NCBI GenBank assembly: GCA_038851075.1
Contig: JAWCLG010000006.1
Coordinates: 1 to 49,713 of the forward strand
Source of the DNA: Candidatus Hadarchaeales archaeon
GTDB taxonomy: Archaea > Hadarchaeota > Hadarchaeia > Hadarchaeales > Hadarchaeaceae
Reading direction: 5' to 3'
DNA: 49,713 nucleotides
A program made the position numbers and the translations under genes. Below are positions 31,232 to 40,864 of this stretch, piece after piece. Numbering within the stretch: the stretch's first letter is position 1; each line of letters begins with the position of its first letter. The notes under the pieces were generated by a model, which was not told the origin of the DNA, did not search any database, and worked only from the letters and a program-made list of their open reading frames with translations.

Positions 31232-31824
31232 AGCGAATGGTAATTGCAGTTACCGGAACGCCAGGAACTGGAAAAACCGTTTTCGCTGAAAAACTATCAG
31301 GGGAGCTCAACGCCGGGCTGATACGCATAAACGATCTTATCGAAAAGAGAAAAATATATGAACTTGACAGGGATGGCACAAAAATAGTTGAGGTCAAAGC
31401 CCTGAAAAGGGAACTCAAAAAAGAGATTTCGAAATTCGAGGGGACCGTGATTGTTGAGGGGCACATGTCACACTTCATGCAGGCTGCCACCCACGTTGTG
31501 GTGCTGAGAACCAGCCCAGAGGTTCTCATAAATAGACTCGAGAGCAGGGGGTATTCCGCCAGAAAAGTGATGGAAAACGTGGAGGCTGAGGCGCTCGACA
31601 TAATCCTGTGGGAGGCTGTCAAAGAGCACGGGATAAAAAAAGTGTTTGAAATTGACACCACGGGAAAAAAGGTGGACGAATGCGTAAGAATCTTTCTCAG
31701 CGCACTTAAAAGGAAGTCCAAGCTAAAACCGGGCAGAATAAGCTGGCTGGAGAAATACCTGAACATGCAAAACAGTTCCGAACTTAAAAAATGCAAAATT
31801 AAAAATACAAAGGAGAAAAAGTAA
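31228..31824 (+). CDS. Atypical adenylate kinase (AK6/Fap7 family)
   Basis: GTPGTGKT, VEGH, RGY...KV.ENVEAE. Confidence 0.92.
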   Translation: MKRMVIAVTGTPGTGKTVFAEKLSGELNAGLIRINDLIEKRKIYELDRDGTKIVEVKALKRELKKEISKFEGTVIVEGHMSHFMQAATHVVVLRTSPEVLINRLESRGYSARKVMENVEAEALDIILWEAVKEHGIKKVFEIDTTGKKVDECVRIFLSALKRKSKLKPGRISWLEKYLNMQNSSELKKCKIKNTKEKK

Positions 31825-31837
31825 TAACACGAGATTA

Positions 31838-34800
31838 ATGAGCAGCATTGACGTCGTCCAGCCCAATATTAGTTCAATAAATTCATTTCACTTCAACCAA
31901 AAATTTCGGAGTATTATTGTTGTAGTTGCTTTTACGGTGCCCCTCGTTGTATCTCTAATCCTCCTTTTTTCTTCAACCGCCCCGGCCGTTTCCGCTCATC
32001 CCTTTCCATACAGCGGGAGCGGGACTCCTGATGACCCGTACATGATAGAGAACGTGGAGGGCCTGCAGGCAATGAAGGAGAACCTCTCAGCATGCTACAG
32101 GCTTAAAAACGACATCGATGCATCCGTAACCAAAACGTGGAACGGCGGACAGGGTTTTGAGCCTGTTGGGCCTTTTTCGGGGATATTTGACGGAGACGGA
32201 CACAAAATAGAGAATCTATACATAAACAGAAATTCAGACAATGTTGGTCTTTTTAGCGTTATTGGAGCCACTGGAGTTGTGGAGAATGTTGGGTTAGAAA
32301 ATGAGAACATAAATGGCGAATTCCGTGTTGGGGGGCTGGCTGGGGCTAATTTTGGAACGGTTTCGAACAGTTATACAACGGGTGTGGTCAGTTGCGAAGA
32401 GGGACTAGGAGGAGGATTAATTGGCTCAAACGATGGGATTGTGGATAATTGTTTTTCAACCAGCAACGTGGTGGGTTCTAATGACCGGGTTGGAGGGCTG
32501 ATTGGGGGTAATTACGGAACCGTTGAGAACTGTTACTCAACAGCAGACAATGTGAGCGGTGGCAGTTGCGTTGGAGGGCTGATTGGGGTTAATTACGGAA
32601 CCGTTGAGAACTGTTACTCAACAGCAGACAATGTGAGCGGTGGCAGTTACGTTGGAGGGCTGATTGGGTGTACATATCAAAGCGTTTTAAATTCATACAC
32701 CACTGCTAACGTTTCAGGAACCACACACGTTGGAGGGCTAGTCGGATGGAGTACTGGTAACGGCTATATACGCAGATGTTACGCGATCGGTTCTGTCAGC
32801 GGTTCTTTAAACGTGGGGGGTCTGGTGGGAAATTCGAGTTATGGGGGTGGAGTTTATGACTCCTACGCTAGAGGAGATGTAAGCGGGAGCAGCAATGTGG
32901 GCGGGCTTATTGGATTTCTTCAGTATTCCACTATGCATAGGACATACTCCACAGGAGCGGTAACCGGCACGACCAACGTGGGCGGCTTGATCGGGAGTAC
33001 TCCTCACGGACCGTACAATGCGTTCTGGGATATCAACACCTCAGGCCAGGCGACGAGCGCGGGAGGCACCGGAAAGACCACAGAGAACATGAAGAACGTC
33101 AGGACCTACACCGACACCACGTGGAGCACCGGTCTCACATCCGCATGGGACTTTAAACGCAACCCGTACGGAGATACGGGCAACGATGACGTGTGGGCGA
33201 TCGACACCGTCACGAACGACGGCTACCCGTACCTCTCCTGGCAGCCGCACGTCCTGCTGCTCTCACCCGAGAACGGGCTGACCACGAAAGACAACGTTCT
33301 GACGCTCACATGGGACAACGTGGTCGTGCCCGACAACTTTGAAGTATGGGTTGACAACAATCCTGACTTCTCCTCGCCGGTGGTCCTTGACAACACCGGG
33401 GACAACTTCTACGACCTGCCGGAACTCCCGGACAACATATACTTCTGGAGGGTGTTCGCCTACTCCGGCGGCGAGGTGGTCCTCATCTCGGACAACTGGA
33501 GCTTCATCATCGACACCCTTCCCCCTCATGTGCCGACGCTCACCCTCCCGGGAGACAACCACGGCACGGACAACCGCATGCCCAGCTTCACCTGGACATG
33601 CCAGGACAACACGTCCCGCACTGACAACGTGAGCGGGATAGAGAACTATGAGATACAGATCGCCACGGATAACGGGTTCGGATCCCCGCTTGTGCACGAG
33701 AACGTCTCATTATCCATATACACCCCCCCGGACAACCTGGACTGGGGAACCTACTACTGGAGGGTGAAGGCCCGGGATAAAGCCGGAAACGAGGGTGGCT
33801 GGTCAGAGAACAGAGCCCTGAAGATACTTGACTTCGACGTGACGACCGACCCGACATCGCTTGAGATGATGAGGGGAGGAAGCTCTGACGTGACCGTTAA
33901 CGTGGTCAACCTGCACGGTCCCGGTGAGAACGTGTACCTGACCGGGAGCTGGGTCGGGACAGCACCGTCGGGCGTCACCGCAAGCTTCAGTCCGTCAAAC
34001 GGGATAACCGACTTCAGCAGCACACTCACCTTCACCACGACATCGAGCGCCGACGAGGGCACGTTCACCTACCGGGTCACCGCGGCCAACAGCTCTGGAG
34101 AGATAGTAAGAACAGCAGACGTGAGCGTGAGCATAGCCGCCATGATATTCTCGGTGGACGCCTCCGAGAAGTCCATCACCCTGATGAGGACGGACTCTGC
34201 CACGTCCGAGATAACAGTTGACTTCGTGTGGGGCTCGCCCAAGACCGCCACTCTGAGCGGTGCATGGATCGGGACCGCGCCCACCGGAGTCACGGCCAGC
34301 TTCAGCCAGACATCGGGCACACCGACCTTCAGCTCCACCCTCACCTTCGTCACCTCGGGCAGCGCCTCCCCCGGCAGCTACACCTACAGGGTGACCGCAA
34401 AGTCTGGCATATCCAGGACGGTCAGCATATCTGTGGTCATAAACTCCAGCATGACCCTGACAGTCGCCACCGACAGGGACAACTACGTCAGGGGGCAGTA
34501 CATCAGGATATCGGGCACCGCGCTTGACCCGAAGGGCTCCCAGGCGGCGGAGGGAACGATCAGCCTGTCGCTGTCCTGCGACAACTGGAGGAAGAGCCTC
34601 ACCGCCGAGATAGGCAGCGGGACCTACTCGGTCACCCACTTCATAAACTTTGACCAGCCGGTAGGGACCTGGACCATCAGCGCGACCGCATCGGACAACA
34701 GGGGGAACACCACAGCGAATGCTGTTACAAAGACGGTGTCAGTGTCCGAGAGCGCCGTCCACAGGTTCTACACGGTGACAGTCCTGAACCCGCCGCCCGG

Positions 34801-35656
34801 CATCATAGTCTACAGGGGGGACTCAGTGCAGGTGACCGTTGAGGTGAAGGACGGGAACCTGGCGGTCCAGGGGGCGGAGGTTCTCTTCAGGACGAAAAGC
34901 GGCAGGACCGTCAGGCTCACAGAGACATCAGCGGGCATATACTCCACAGTTTACACCGTCGGATGGGACGAGGACGTGGGCGACTGGTCGCTCACCGTGA
35001 CAGGGATAAAGGACCTTGGAGGCTACTTCAGGGGAGGGAGCACGGTAAACGTCCTGGAGGTCGCACCGGCGCGGCTGAGCCTGAGGCTGGTCGCTCCCTC
35101 CGGGAGCGTTGAGGCGGGTCAGACCGTAGAGGTCAGGGTGAGGGCGACATATCCCGACGGAACTCCGCTGGAGCAGGGGGCCCTCGTGGTCAGGACCTCT
35201 GGAGGTGAGAGCCTCTACCTGACCCACGCCGGAGACGGTGAATACGTGGGCAGATACACCGTCAGGGATCGGGATGTGGGCACATGGAGCCTGCAGATCT
35301 CAGGAGTTGACGCCCACGGGAACTCTGGCACAGCAACGGCAACCGTCACGGTAAGGCCGACTTCCATAGGAGGATACGTCGTCCAGTACTGGTGGGCGGT
35401 GGCATGCGCCATCGCCGTTGCATGCGCCGCAGCCACTCCTTTCGGCATAAAGCAGTCCAGGCTGCACAGGCTCAGGTCCACAACGAAGGAGCGCCAGAGG
35501 GTGGAGGTGCTGAAGCAGGAGGCCGCCATAGAGTACTTTGTCAGGAGGAAGATCACCAGGGAGGCGTATGAAAAGCTGCTGCACGACTACGACGTACGTC
35601 TGGGAGAGCTGCACAAGATCGAGATGGAGCTGAAGTGGAAGCTTAAGATGAAGTGA
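31838..35656 (+). CDS. Large surface protein: signal/TM, GLUG repeats, Ig/FN3-like domains, C-terminal TM and coiled tail
   Basis: GSGTPDDPY, repeated VGGLIG, YYWRVKARDKAGN, TM WWAVACAIAVACAAA. Confidence 0.9.
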   Translation: MSSIDVVQPNISSINSFHFNQKFRSIIVVVAFTVPLVVSLILLFSSTAPAVSAHPFPYSGSGTPDDPYMIENVEGLQAMKENLSACYRLKNDIDASVTKTWNGGQGFEPVGPFSGIFDGDGHKIENLYINRNSDNVGLFSVIGATGVVENVGLENENINGEFRVGGLAGANFGTVSNSYTTGVVSCEEGLGGGLIGSNDGIVDNCFSTSNVVGSNDRVGGLIGGNYGTVENCYSTADNVSGGSCVGGLIGVNYGTVENCYSTADNVSGGSYVGGLIGCTYQSVLNSYTTANVSGTTHVGGLVGWSTGNGYIRRCYAIGSVSGSLNVGGLVGNSSYGGGVYDSYARGDVSGSSNVGGLIGFLQYSTMHRTYSTGAVTGTTNVGGLIGSTPHGPYNAFWDINTSGQATSAGGTGKTTENMKNVRTYTDTTWSTGLTSAWDFKRNPYGDTGNDDVWAIDTVTNDGYPYLSWQPHVLLLSPENGLTTKDNVLTLTWDNVVVPDNFEVWVDNNPDFSSPVVLDNTGDNFYDLPELPDNIYFWRVFAYSGGEVVLISDNWSFIIDTLPPHVPTLTLPGDNHGTDNRMPSFTWTCQDNTSRTDNVSGIENYEIQIATDNGFGSPLVHENVSLSIYTPPDNLDWGTYYWRVKARDKAGNEGGWSENRALKILDFDVTTDPTSLEMMRGGSSDVTVNVVNLHGPGENVYLTGSWVGTAPSGVTASFSPSNGITDFSSTLTFTTTSSADEGTFTYRVTAANSSGEIVRTADVSVSIAAMIFSVDASEKSITLMRTDSATSEITVDFVWGSPKTATLSGAWIGTAPTGVTASFSQTSGTPTFSSTLTFVTSGSASPGSYTYRVTAKSGISRTVSISVVINSSMTLTVATDRDNYVRGQYIRISGTALDPKGSQAAEGTISLSLSCDNWRKSLTAEIGSGTYSVTHFINFDQPVGTWTISATASDNRGNTTANAVTKTVSVSESAVHRFYTVTVLNPPPGIIVYRGDSVQVTVEVKDGNLAVQGAEVLFRTKSGRTVRLTETSAGIYSTVYTVGWDEDVGDWSLTVTGIKDLGGYFRGGSTVNVLEVAPARLSLRLVAPSGSVEAGQTVEVRVRATYPDGTPLEQGALVVRTSGGESLYLTHAGDGEYVGRYTVRDRDVGTWSLQISGVDAHGNSGTATATVTVRPTSIGGYVVQYWWAVACAIAVACAAATPFGIKQSRLHRLRSTTKERQRVEVLKQEAAIEYFVRRKITREAYEKLLHDYDVRLGELHKIEMELKWKLKMK
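31988..32190. repeat. Identical block 1, partner of 1641-1843
   Basis: 202/203 nt inverted identity. Confidence 0.95.
32489..32668 (+). repeat. 81-bp tandem repeat (about 2.2 copies) in GLUG cassette
   Basis: GTTGGAGGGCTGATTGGG at 32489, 32570, 32651; units 1 and 2 differ at 2 nt. Confidence 0.93.
33059..33179. repeat. Identical block 2, partner of 1-121
   Basis: 121/121 nt inverted identity. Confidence 0.95.
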
Positions 35657-35725
35657 GAAAAATAATTGCCAGTCTTAAAATTGAATAAATTTAAATGTGC
35701 TCATTCATAAAAGTGAGGGATTCAG

Positions 35726-36580
35726 ATGGGCGGAACCTTGCGAACAGCTGCGCTGATGTTTACTCTGACTGCAATGCTGATGATGATCGGATTTATCGCG
35801 GGGTATCTCACTGGGATTCCTATAACATATACGATAGGGGCCTTCACGCTGCTGGCATCCTTCATGAATCTGCTGATATACTGGTACGCAGACAGGTGGG
35901 TGCTCGGCATTTACAGGGCAAGACTTGTATCTGAGGATGAAGAGCCAAAACTCCACAAAATCGTGGAAAATTTGGCCTCCAGAGCAGGACTACCCAAACC
36001 AAAAATTGCTGTCGTCCCGGTTGATGTGCCGAACGCGTTTGCCACAGGCCGCTCACCGTCTCACTCGGTTGTGGCAGTTACAAACGGCGCGATCAGAACT
36101 CTAAACGATGAAGAGTTGGAGGGAGTACTCGGCCACGAAATCGCGCACATAAAGAACAGGGACATGCTGATAAACACACTGGCCGCAATAATGGGGGCGG
36201 TGATAACCTACGTGATGTATTTCTCGCTATTTTCGGACAGAAGGAACAGAAGCGACTCTGGCGGGCTGCTCATGATACTCGGTCTCTTTCTAATACCTTT
36301 CTGCGCAATGCTCGTCAGGCTCTCCATATCGCGCGGCAGAGAGTACTGGGCTGACGAAACCGGGGCAAAAATAACTGGAAAACCGATTGCCCTGGCGAAT
36401 GCGCTGAAAAAGATAGAGAGGGCAACTTTGGCTTCTCCGCTGAGATCTGGAAACCCCTCCACGGCATCCCTGTTCATAGTCAACCCTTTCAGAGGACTGA
36501 GGCTTCTATCTCTATTCTCAACCCACCCACCGACTGATCTCCGGATAAAGCGCCTCGAAAGCATGGGCACGGCCGCATAA
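35726..36580 (+). CDS. htpX: Zinc metalloprotease HtpX
   Basis: PNAFATGR, HEIAH, SRGREY.AD, FSTHPP. Confidence 0.96.
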   Translation: MGGTLRTAALMFTLTAMLMMIGFIAGYLTGIPITYTIGAFTLLASFMNLLIYWYADRWVLGIYRARLVSEDEEPKLHKIVENLASRAGLPKPKIAVVPVDVPNAFATGRSPSHSVVAVTNGAIRTLNDEELEGVLGHEIAHIKNRDMLINTLAAIMGAVITYVMYFSLFSDRRNRSDSGGLLMILGLFLIPFCAMLVRLSISRGREYWADETGAKITGKPIALANALKKIERATLASPLRSGNPSTASLFIVNPFRGLRLLSLFSTHPPTDLRIKRLESMGTAA

Positions 36581-36582
36581 AA

Positions 36583-36744
36583 TCAGAAAACCGGGAAAAT
36601 TCTGAGGACGATTTCCAAGATGATCAGGGCGACCGAGAAGACGATTACTGCCTTTGGTGATATCTTTATGCCGTGGCCCTCTTCCCTGAAGTACCTTATC
36701 AGACCTGCCCCTGTCGGCGGCATTGATTCCTCGCGTCTTCTCAT
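36583..36744 (-). CDS. secG: Preprotein translocase subunit Sec61beta
   Basis: AGLIRYF.EE...IKISP plus one TM. Confidence 0.9.
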   Translation of the reverse strand: MRRREESMPPTGAGLIRYFREEGHGIKISPKAVIVFSVALIILEIVLRIFPVF

Positions 36745-36816
36745 ATCATCCCACACATCCTGCGCTTTCATCCTTTTTAGCCCTGACGCTGGCCTCTGCA
36801 ACCGTATTTAATAGGG

Positions 36817-38226
36817 GTGGCGAAAACTGTAAGGGGTGATAAGCTGAAGCGCTACGTTCCGGACGAAAGCGTGCTAACCAACGGGCTCCTGCGCAGGATG
36901 ACCGAGGCCGAGCTGCGTGACGCCGAGATAATAATACCTCACGGACTGATGGCAAATCTTGAGCATCAGGCGAAGATGATGAAGGAATCCGGAGTGATCG
37001 GGCTGAAGGAGATAAAGAGAATAAAAGAGGCAGGGAAAGAAAGAGGGATAACTGTTGTGTTTTCACCAGCCCCCGAAGAGAAGAATGATCACATGACGCT
37101 CGAAGACGAGATAAGAAAAATCGCGATGGAGAGCGGTGCAACGCTTATAACAAGCGACCAGGTAAGCGCAGAGGTTGCCGGGATACTCGGAATAGAAACG
37201 ATGTACCTGGAGCCCGGAGAGACGGGATTCAGTACAAAGCTGATGAAATACTTCGGACCTGACACAATGTCGGTGCATCTCAAGGCGAGGGTAAGACCGA
37301 TGGCAAAGGTCGGAAGGCCCGGCAGGTTCAAGCTGGAAGTGCTTGATGAGAGACCCATGGACGAGAGAGAGCTGAAGGAGATTGGCCACGAGATAATGGA
37401 GCTCGCAAAAAGGGACCCGGACTGCTTCATAGAATTTGAGAGGGAGGGCGCAAGCATGGTCCAGCTCAGAGAGTTCAGGATTGCAATCACAAGACCGCCC
37501 TTCAGCGACGGTTTCGAGATAACCGCGGTAAGGCCGGTTGCAACCGTGAAACTGGAGGACTACAGGCTCTCCGAAAAACTGAAGAACAGGCTGAAGGCGA
37601 GGGCTGAAGGCATACTGGTAGCCGGGCCCCCCGGCGCCGGAAAAAGCACTTTCGCACAGGCGCTCGCAGAGTTCTACCGCTCACAGGGAAAGATAGTAAA
37701 AACGATGGAATCTCCGCGTGATCTCCAGGTAAGCGAAGAGATAACGCAGTATACTGCGCTGGAGGGAGACATGGCAAAGACAGCGGATCTCCTGCTGCTG
37801 GTCAGGCCTGACTACACCATTTACGATGAGCTAAGAAAGACCAGCGACTTCCAGATATTCGCAGATATGAGGCTGGCGGGCGTCGGAATGATAGGAGTTG
37901 TTCACTCCACGCGGGCGATAGATGCGGTACAGAGGCTGATAGGCAGGGTTGAGCTGGGTATGATACCGATGATAGCTGACACCGTGATATTCATAAAAAA
38001 TGGAGAGCTCAGAGAGGTGTACTCTTTGAGGACCACGGTTAGGGTCCCTTCCGGAATGTCTGAGGCCGACCTCGCACGCCCCCTCATCGAGGTCGCGGAC
38101 TTCGAAACAGAGGAACCGAGGTACGAGATATACACTTTTGGAGAGCAGGTCGTGGTCGCCGACGTGAGAGAGCAGACCGCGCAGCCAAGGACCCACAGAA
38201 GGAGATACCGGTATCAATACAGGTGA
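36817..38226 (+). CDS. PIN-domain ATPase PINA (start may be CTG 36844)
   Basis: PIN VPDES, MSVHLK, GPPGAGKST, ESPRDLQ, DMRLAGVG. Confidence 0.93.
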   Translation: MAKTVRGDKLKRYVPDESVLTNGLLRRMTEAELRDAEIIIPHGLMANLEHQAKMMKESGVIGLKEIKRIKEAGKERGITVVFSPAPEEKNDHMTLEDEIRKIAMESGATLITSDQVSAEVAGILGIETMYLEPGETGFSTKLMKYFGPDTMSVHLKARVRPMAKVGRPGRFKLEVLDERPMDERELKEIGHEIMELAKRDPDCFIEFEREGASMVQLREFRIAITRPPFSDGFEITAVRPVATVKLEDYRLSEKLKNRLKARAEGILVAGPPGAGKSTFAQALAEFYRSQGKIVKTMESPRDLQVSEEITQYTALEGDMAKTADLLLLVRPDYTIYDELRKTSDFQIFADMRLAGVGMIGVVHSTRAIDAVQRLIGRVELGMIPMIADTVIFIKNGELREVYSLRTTVRVPSGMSEADLARPLIEVADFETEEPRYEIYTFGEQVVVADVREQTAQPRTHRRRYRYQYR

Positions 38227-38258
38227 AATCCGGAACTCGACTGCCCACCGCCTGAAAT

Positions 38259-38765
38259 TCATCTGGGCAGAAAACTGTTCTGTGCGGCGACCACCTCGGT
38301 GCTGTTCCTGGCCGAGCTGTAAGCGGCTAGGGGTTCCTTGTTAAGCTCGATGAAAACCGGTCCCCACTTAAACGTCTTCAATAGCTCGCGCGCCCTTTCA
38401 CTCTCTCCAAGTATGAAAAGCGCGGCTGAAAGGGCCTCAACCGTGCTGAGAGTGGTGGGGCGTCCATAGTAAGTGGGATTAGCCGCCACAAGATACGGCA
38501 GCGCGCGGGCTTCCCTCCCGGGCCTGAGATCCTCAAATATTTTTATTCGCCTCCACGAACAGTCGACCGCGACCAGTCCTCCCCTCGCGGCAAATTTTAG
38601 GTCTTCTCTTGAGAGAGATTTCTCCGAGAAAGGGTCCAGAAGAACGGATCCTGACGGTATCTGACGCTGGGATCGCACAAGCTCTATCTTCCCTGACCTG
38701 TGAAGCTTTCTGGCGGTGCACCTTTTCGGATCGCACTCGCCAAGATCATAGACTACCAGGCGCAA
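38259..38765 (-). CDS. tsr3: 16S rRNA aminocarboxypropyltransferase
   Basis: CDPKRCT, DCSW, RALPYLVAANP.YYG, FKWG..F..LN. Confidence 0.95.
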   Translation of the reverse strand: MRLVVYDLGECDPKRCTARKLHRSGKIELVRSQRQIPSGSVLLDPFSEKSLSREDLKFAARGGLVAVDCSWRRIKIFEDLRPGREARALPYLVAANPTYYGRPTTLSTVEALSAALFILGESERARELLKTFKWGPVFIELNKEPLAAYSSARNSTEVVAAQNSFLPR

Positions 38766-38816
38766 ACAACCACCGCTTTAACTTAAGAGATGTCACACAA
38801 ATAATATTCGAAAATC

Positions 38817-39932
38817 ATGACAAAAGTTGTTCTCTCAAATGCAGTTGTGCTGGAAGGGGAGGACCTCGAACCGGTTGAGACGAACATTGTAGTGAGGGAT
38901 GGGAAGATAGAGAGAATCGACAAAGCCGCCTCCCTTAAGGGCATCAACCTCAAGAGAAGCATAATCATGCCACCATTCGTGAACTCTCACACGCATATTC
39001 TTGACTCTATCGCAGCTGAGCGTTATCTTGGCAGGACACTCGATGAGGTGGTTGGGCCCAGCGGCGAAAAATTCAGAGCGCTGGAACTGACATCGAAGGA
39101 GCAGCTGGTAAAATCTGCAGCGGCGACCTTGAGGGATATGCTCGCAACGGGCACACTTGCCCACTGCACCTTTTGCGAGAAGGGGCGCGCCGGCCTGAGT
39201 ATGATAAAATCAAAAGTCCCAGTACAGATCGTGCTCGGACGACCTGTTAGAAACGGAGACCTGTCCGACGTGATCGGCCACGCAGACGGTATCGGGCTCT
39301 CCTCACCAGTCCACCACACAAAATCGGAACTAAGGAGGATAGCGGAAGAGGTGCACAGAAACGGTAAAATCCTCTCCATGCACATCGCGGAGGATGGACC
39401 ATGCGCAGATCTGGAATTCAGGGATGTGCTGAGGCTGAGGCCGACATTTTTAGTGCATGGAACCCATCTCACAGACGCGCAGCTCTCCGAGCTATCAAAA
39501 TCTGAGATTCCTCTGGTATTCTGCCACAGAGCGAACCACGTCCTCGGGGCCGGGGAGCCGAAGCTGAAAAAAGCGATGGAAGCCGGCGTGAGGTTCTTTA
39601 TAGGGACAGACAACGCGATGGTATGCCAGCCGGACATGTTCTGCGAGGTCTCGTTTGCATGGGCGCACATGAGGCTGAACGATCCATCCTGCGGCCCTGA
39701 TGAGGCCACCGCCCTTTTGAGATCAGCGACTCTGGATCCGGCTGCATTTTTCGGGCTCCCGTGGGGCTCTATTGAAGAGGGCAGCAAAGCAACATTCATC
39801 ATTCTCGCGAGAAAGAACAACCTCAGGGACGTTTCGGACGTGCGTGCTGGAATCGTCAACAGGGCGAGGGCCGACAACCTGCGCGAAGTTTACTTTAACG
39901 GCAAGGCACAGCTCAAACTCCAGGACGTTTGA
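38817..39932 (+). CDS. Metal-dependent amidohydrolase
   Basis: NSHTH, HIAE, VHGTH, GTDN. Confidence 0.9.
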   Translation: MTKVVLSNAVVLEGEDLEPVETNIVVRDGKIERIDKAASLKGINLKRSIIMPPFVNSHTHILDSIAAERYLGRTLDEVVGPSGEKFRALELTSKEQLVKSAAATLRDMLATGTLAHCTFCEKGRAGLSMIKSKVPVQIVLGRPVRNGDLSDVIGHADGIGLSSPVHHTKSELRRIAEEVHRNGKILSMHIAEDGPCADLEFRDVLRLRPTFLVHGTHLTDAQLSELSKSEIPLVFCHRANHVLGAGEPKLKKAMEAGVRFFIGTDNAMVCQPDMFCEVSFAWAHMRLNDPSCGPDEATALLRSATLDPAAFFGLPWGSIEEGSKATFIILARKNNLRDVSDVRAGIVNRARADNLREVYFNGKAQLKLQDV

Positions 39933-39986
39933 GAGGATATTTATTTAAATCGACGCGACAAAGTGAATTGATTCTGAGGAAGAAGG

Positions 39987-40832
39987 GTGAGAAAAATGCT
40001 GGTAAAGGATGTGATGACAAAAGACGTGAAGTACGTGGAGATACCCGGCACCAGGACCGAGGCCATGGAGCTCCTCAGAAAGCTCAACGCCAGCGCGATT
40101 CCAGCGGTCAAATCCGGAACGGGAGAACTCATCGGCATGGTCACGCTCAGAAACCTGTTCGAGCATCCTGACGAGGACCAGCTGGCGATGCTTGTTGACC
40201 GGAACTTTCTCACGGTCGGTCCGGAGGATGGGATAGAGGAAGCCGCAAGAAAGATGGTGAGTTCGTTCATAAGAAGGCTGCCCGTGATCAAGGACAACAA
40301 AGTTGTCGGCATAATCACCGTCAAGGACATTGTCAACCGGGCCCTCTCTGAGATGAACATAGAAAAACCGGCTGCGGACTACATGAGGCCCCACGTCATA
40401 GCGATATGGGAGGGGACCCCGCTTAAGGCAGCGGTCGAGATAATGTATCTGGCAAATTTCCGGGGCCTTCCGGTGATCAACGAGAACGGGGACCTAGTCG
40501 GGATAATAGACGATTCCGACGTAATGAAGGTCTGCGATGTGGAGATGGGATCCAGAATGAGCCAAGTTTCAGGAAAAACCGAGGGCGACAGCTGGAGCTG
40601 GGACAGCGAGGCCAGGGTGTACATCACTAAAAAGGAGATCAAAATCCCGAACATTGCGGTAAAGGATGCTATGACAAAGGACCTGATAACGATAACTAGA
40701 AAAACCTCGATAAGCAGGACCGCCCAGCTGATGAAACAGCACAGGGTTGACCAGACCCCGGTTCTGTCCGGAGAAGGAAAAATGGTTGGACTGGTCAGAG
40801 ACATTGACCTGCTGAGGGTCCTAGTCAAATAA
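39987..40832 (+). CDS. Four-CBS-domain protein
   Basis: Repeated VKDVMT / LPV..G.LVGII motifs. Confidence 0.92.
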   Translation: MRKMLVKDVMTKDVKYVEIPGTRTEAMELLRKLNASAIPAVKSGTGELIGMVTLRNLFEHPDEDQLAMLVDRNFLTVGPEDGIEEAARKMVSSFIRRLPVIKDNKVVGIITVKDIVNRALSEMNIEKPAADYMRPHVIAIWEGTPLKAAVEIMYLANFRGLPVINENGDLVGIIDDSDVMKVCDVEMGSRMSQVSGKTEGDSWSWDSEARVYITKKEIKIPNIAVKDAMTKDLITITRKTSISRTAQLMKQHRVDQTPVLSGEGKMVGLVRDIDLLRVLVK

Positions 40833-40864
40833 GCTTTTTAGGTTTTTGAACGCTGTAAAATGCG

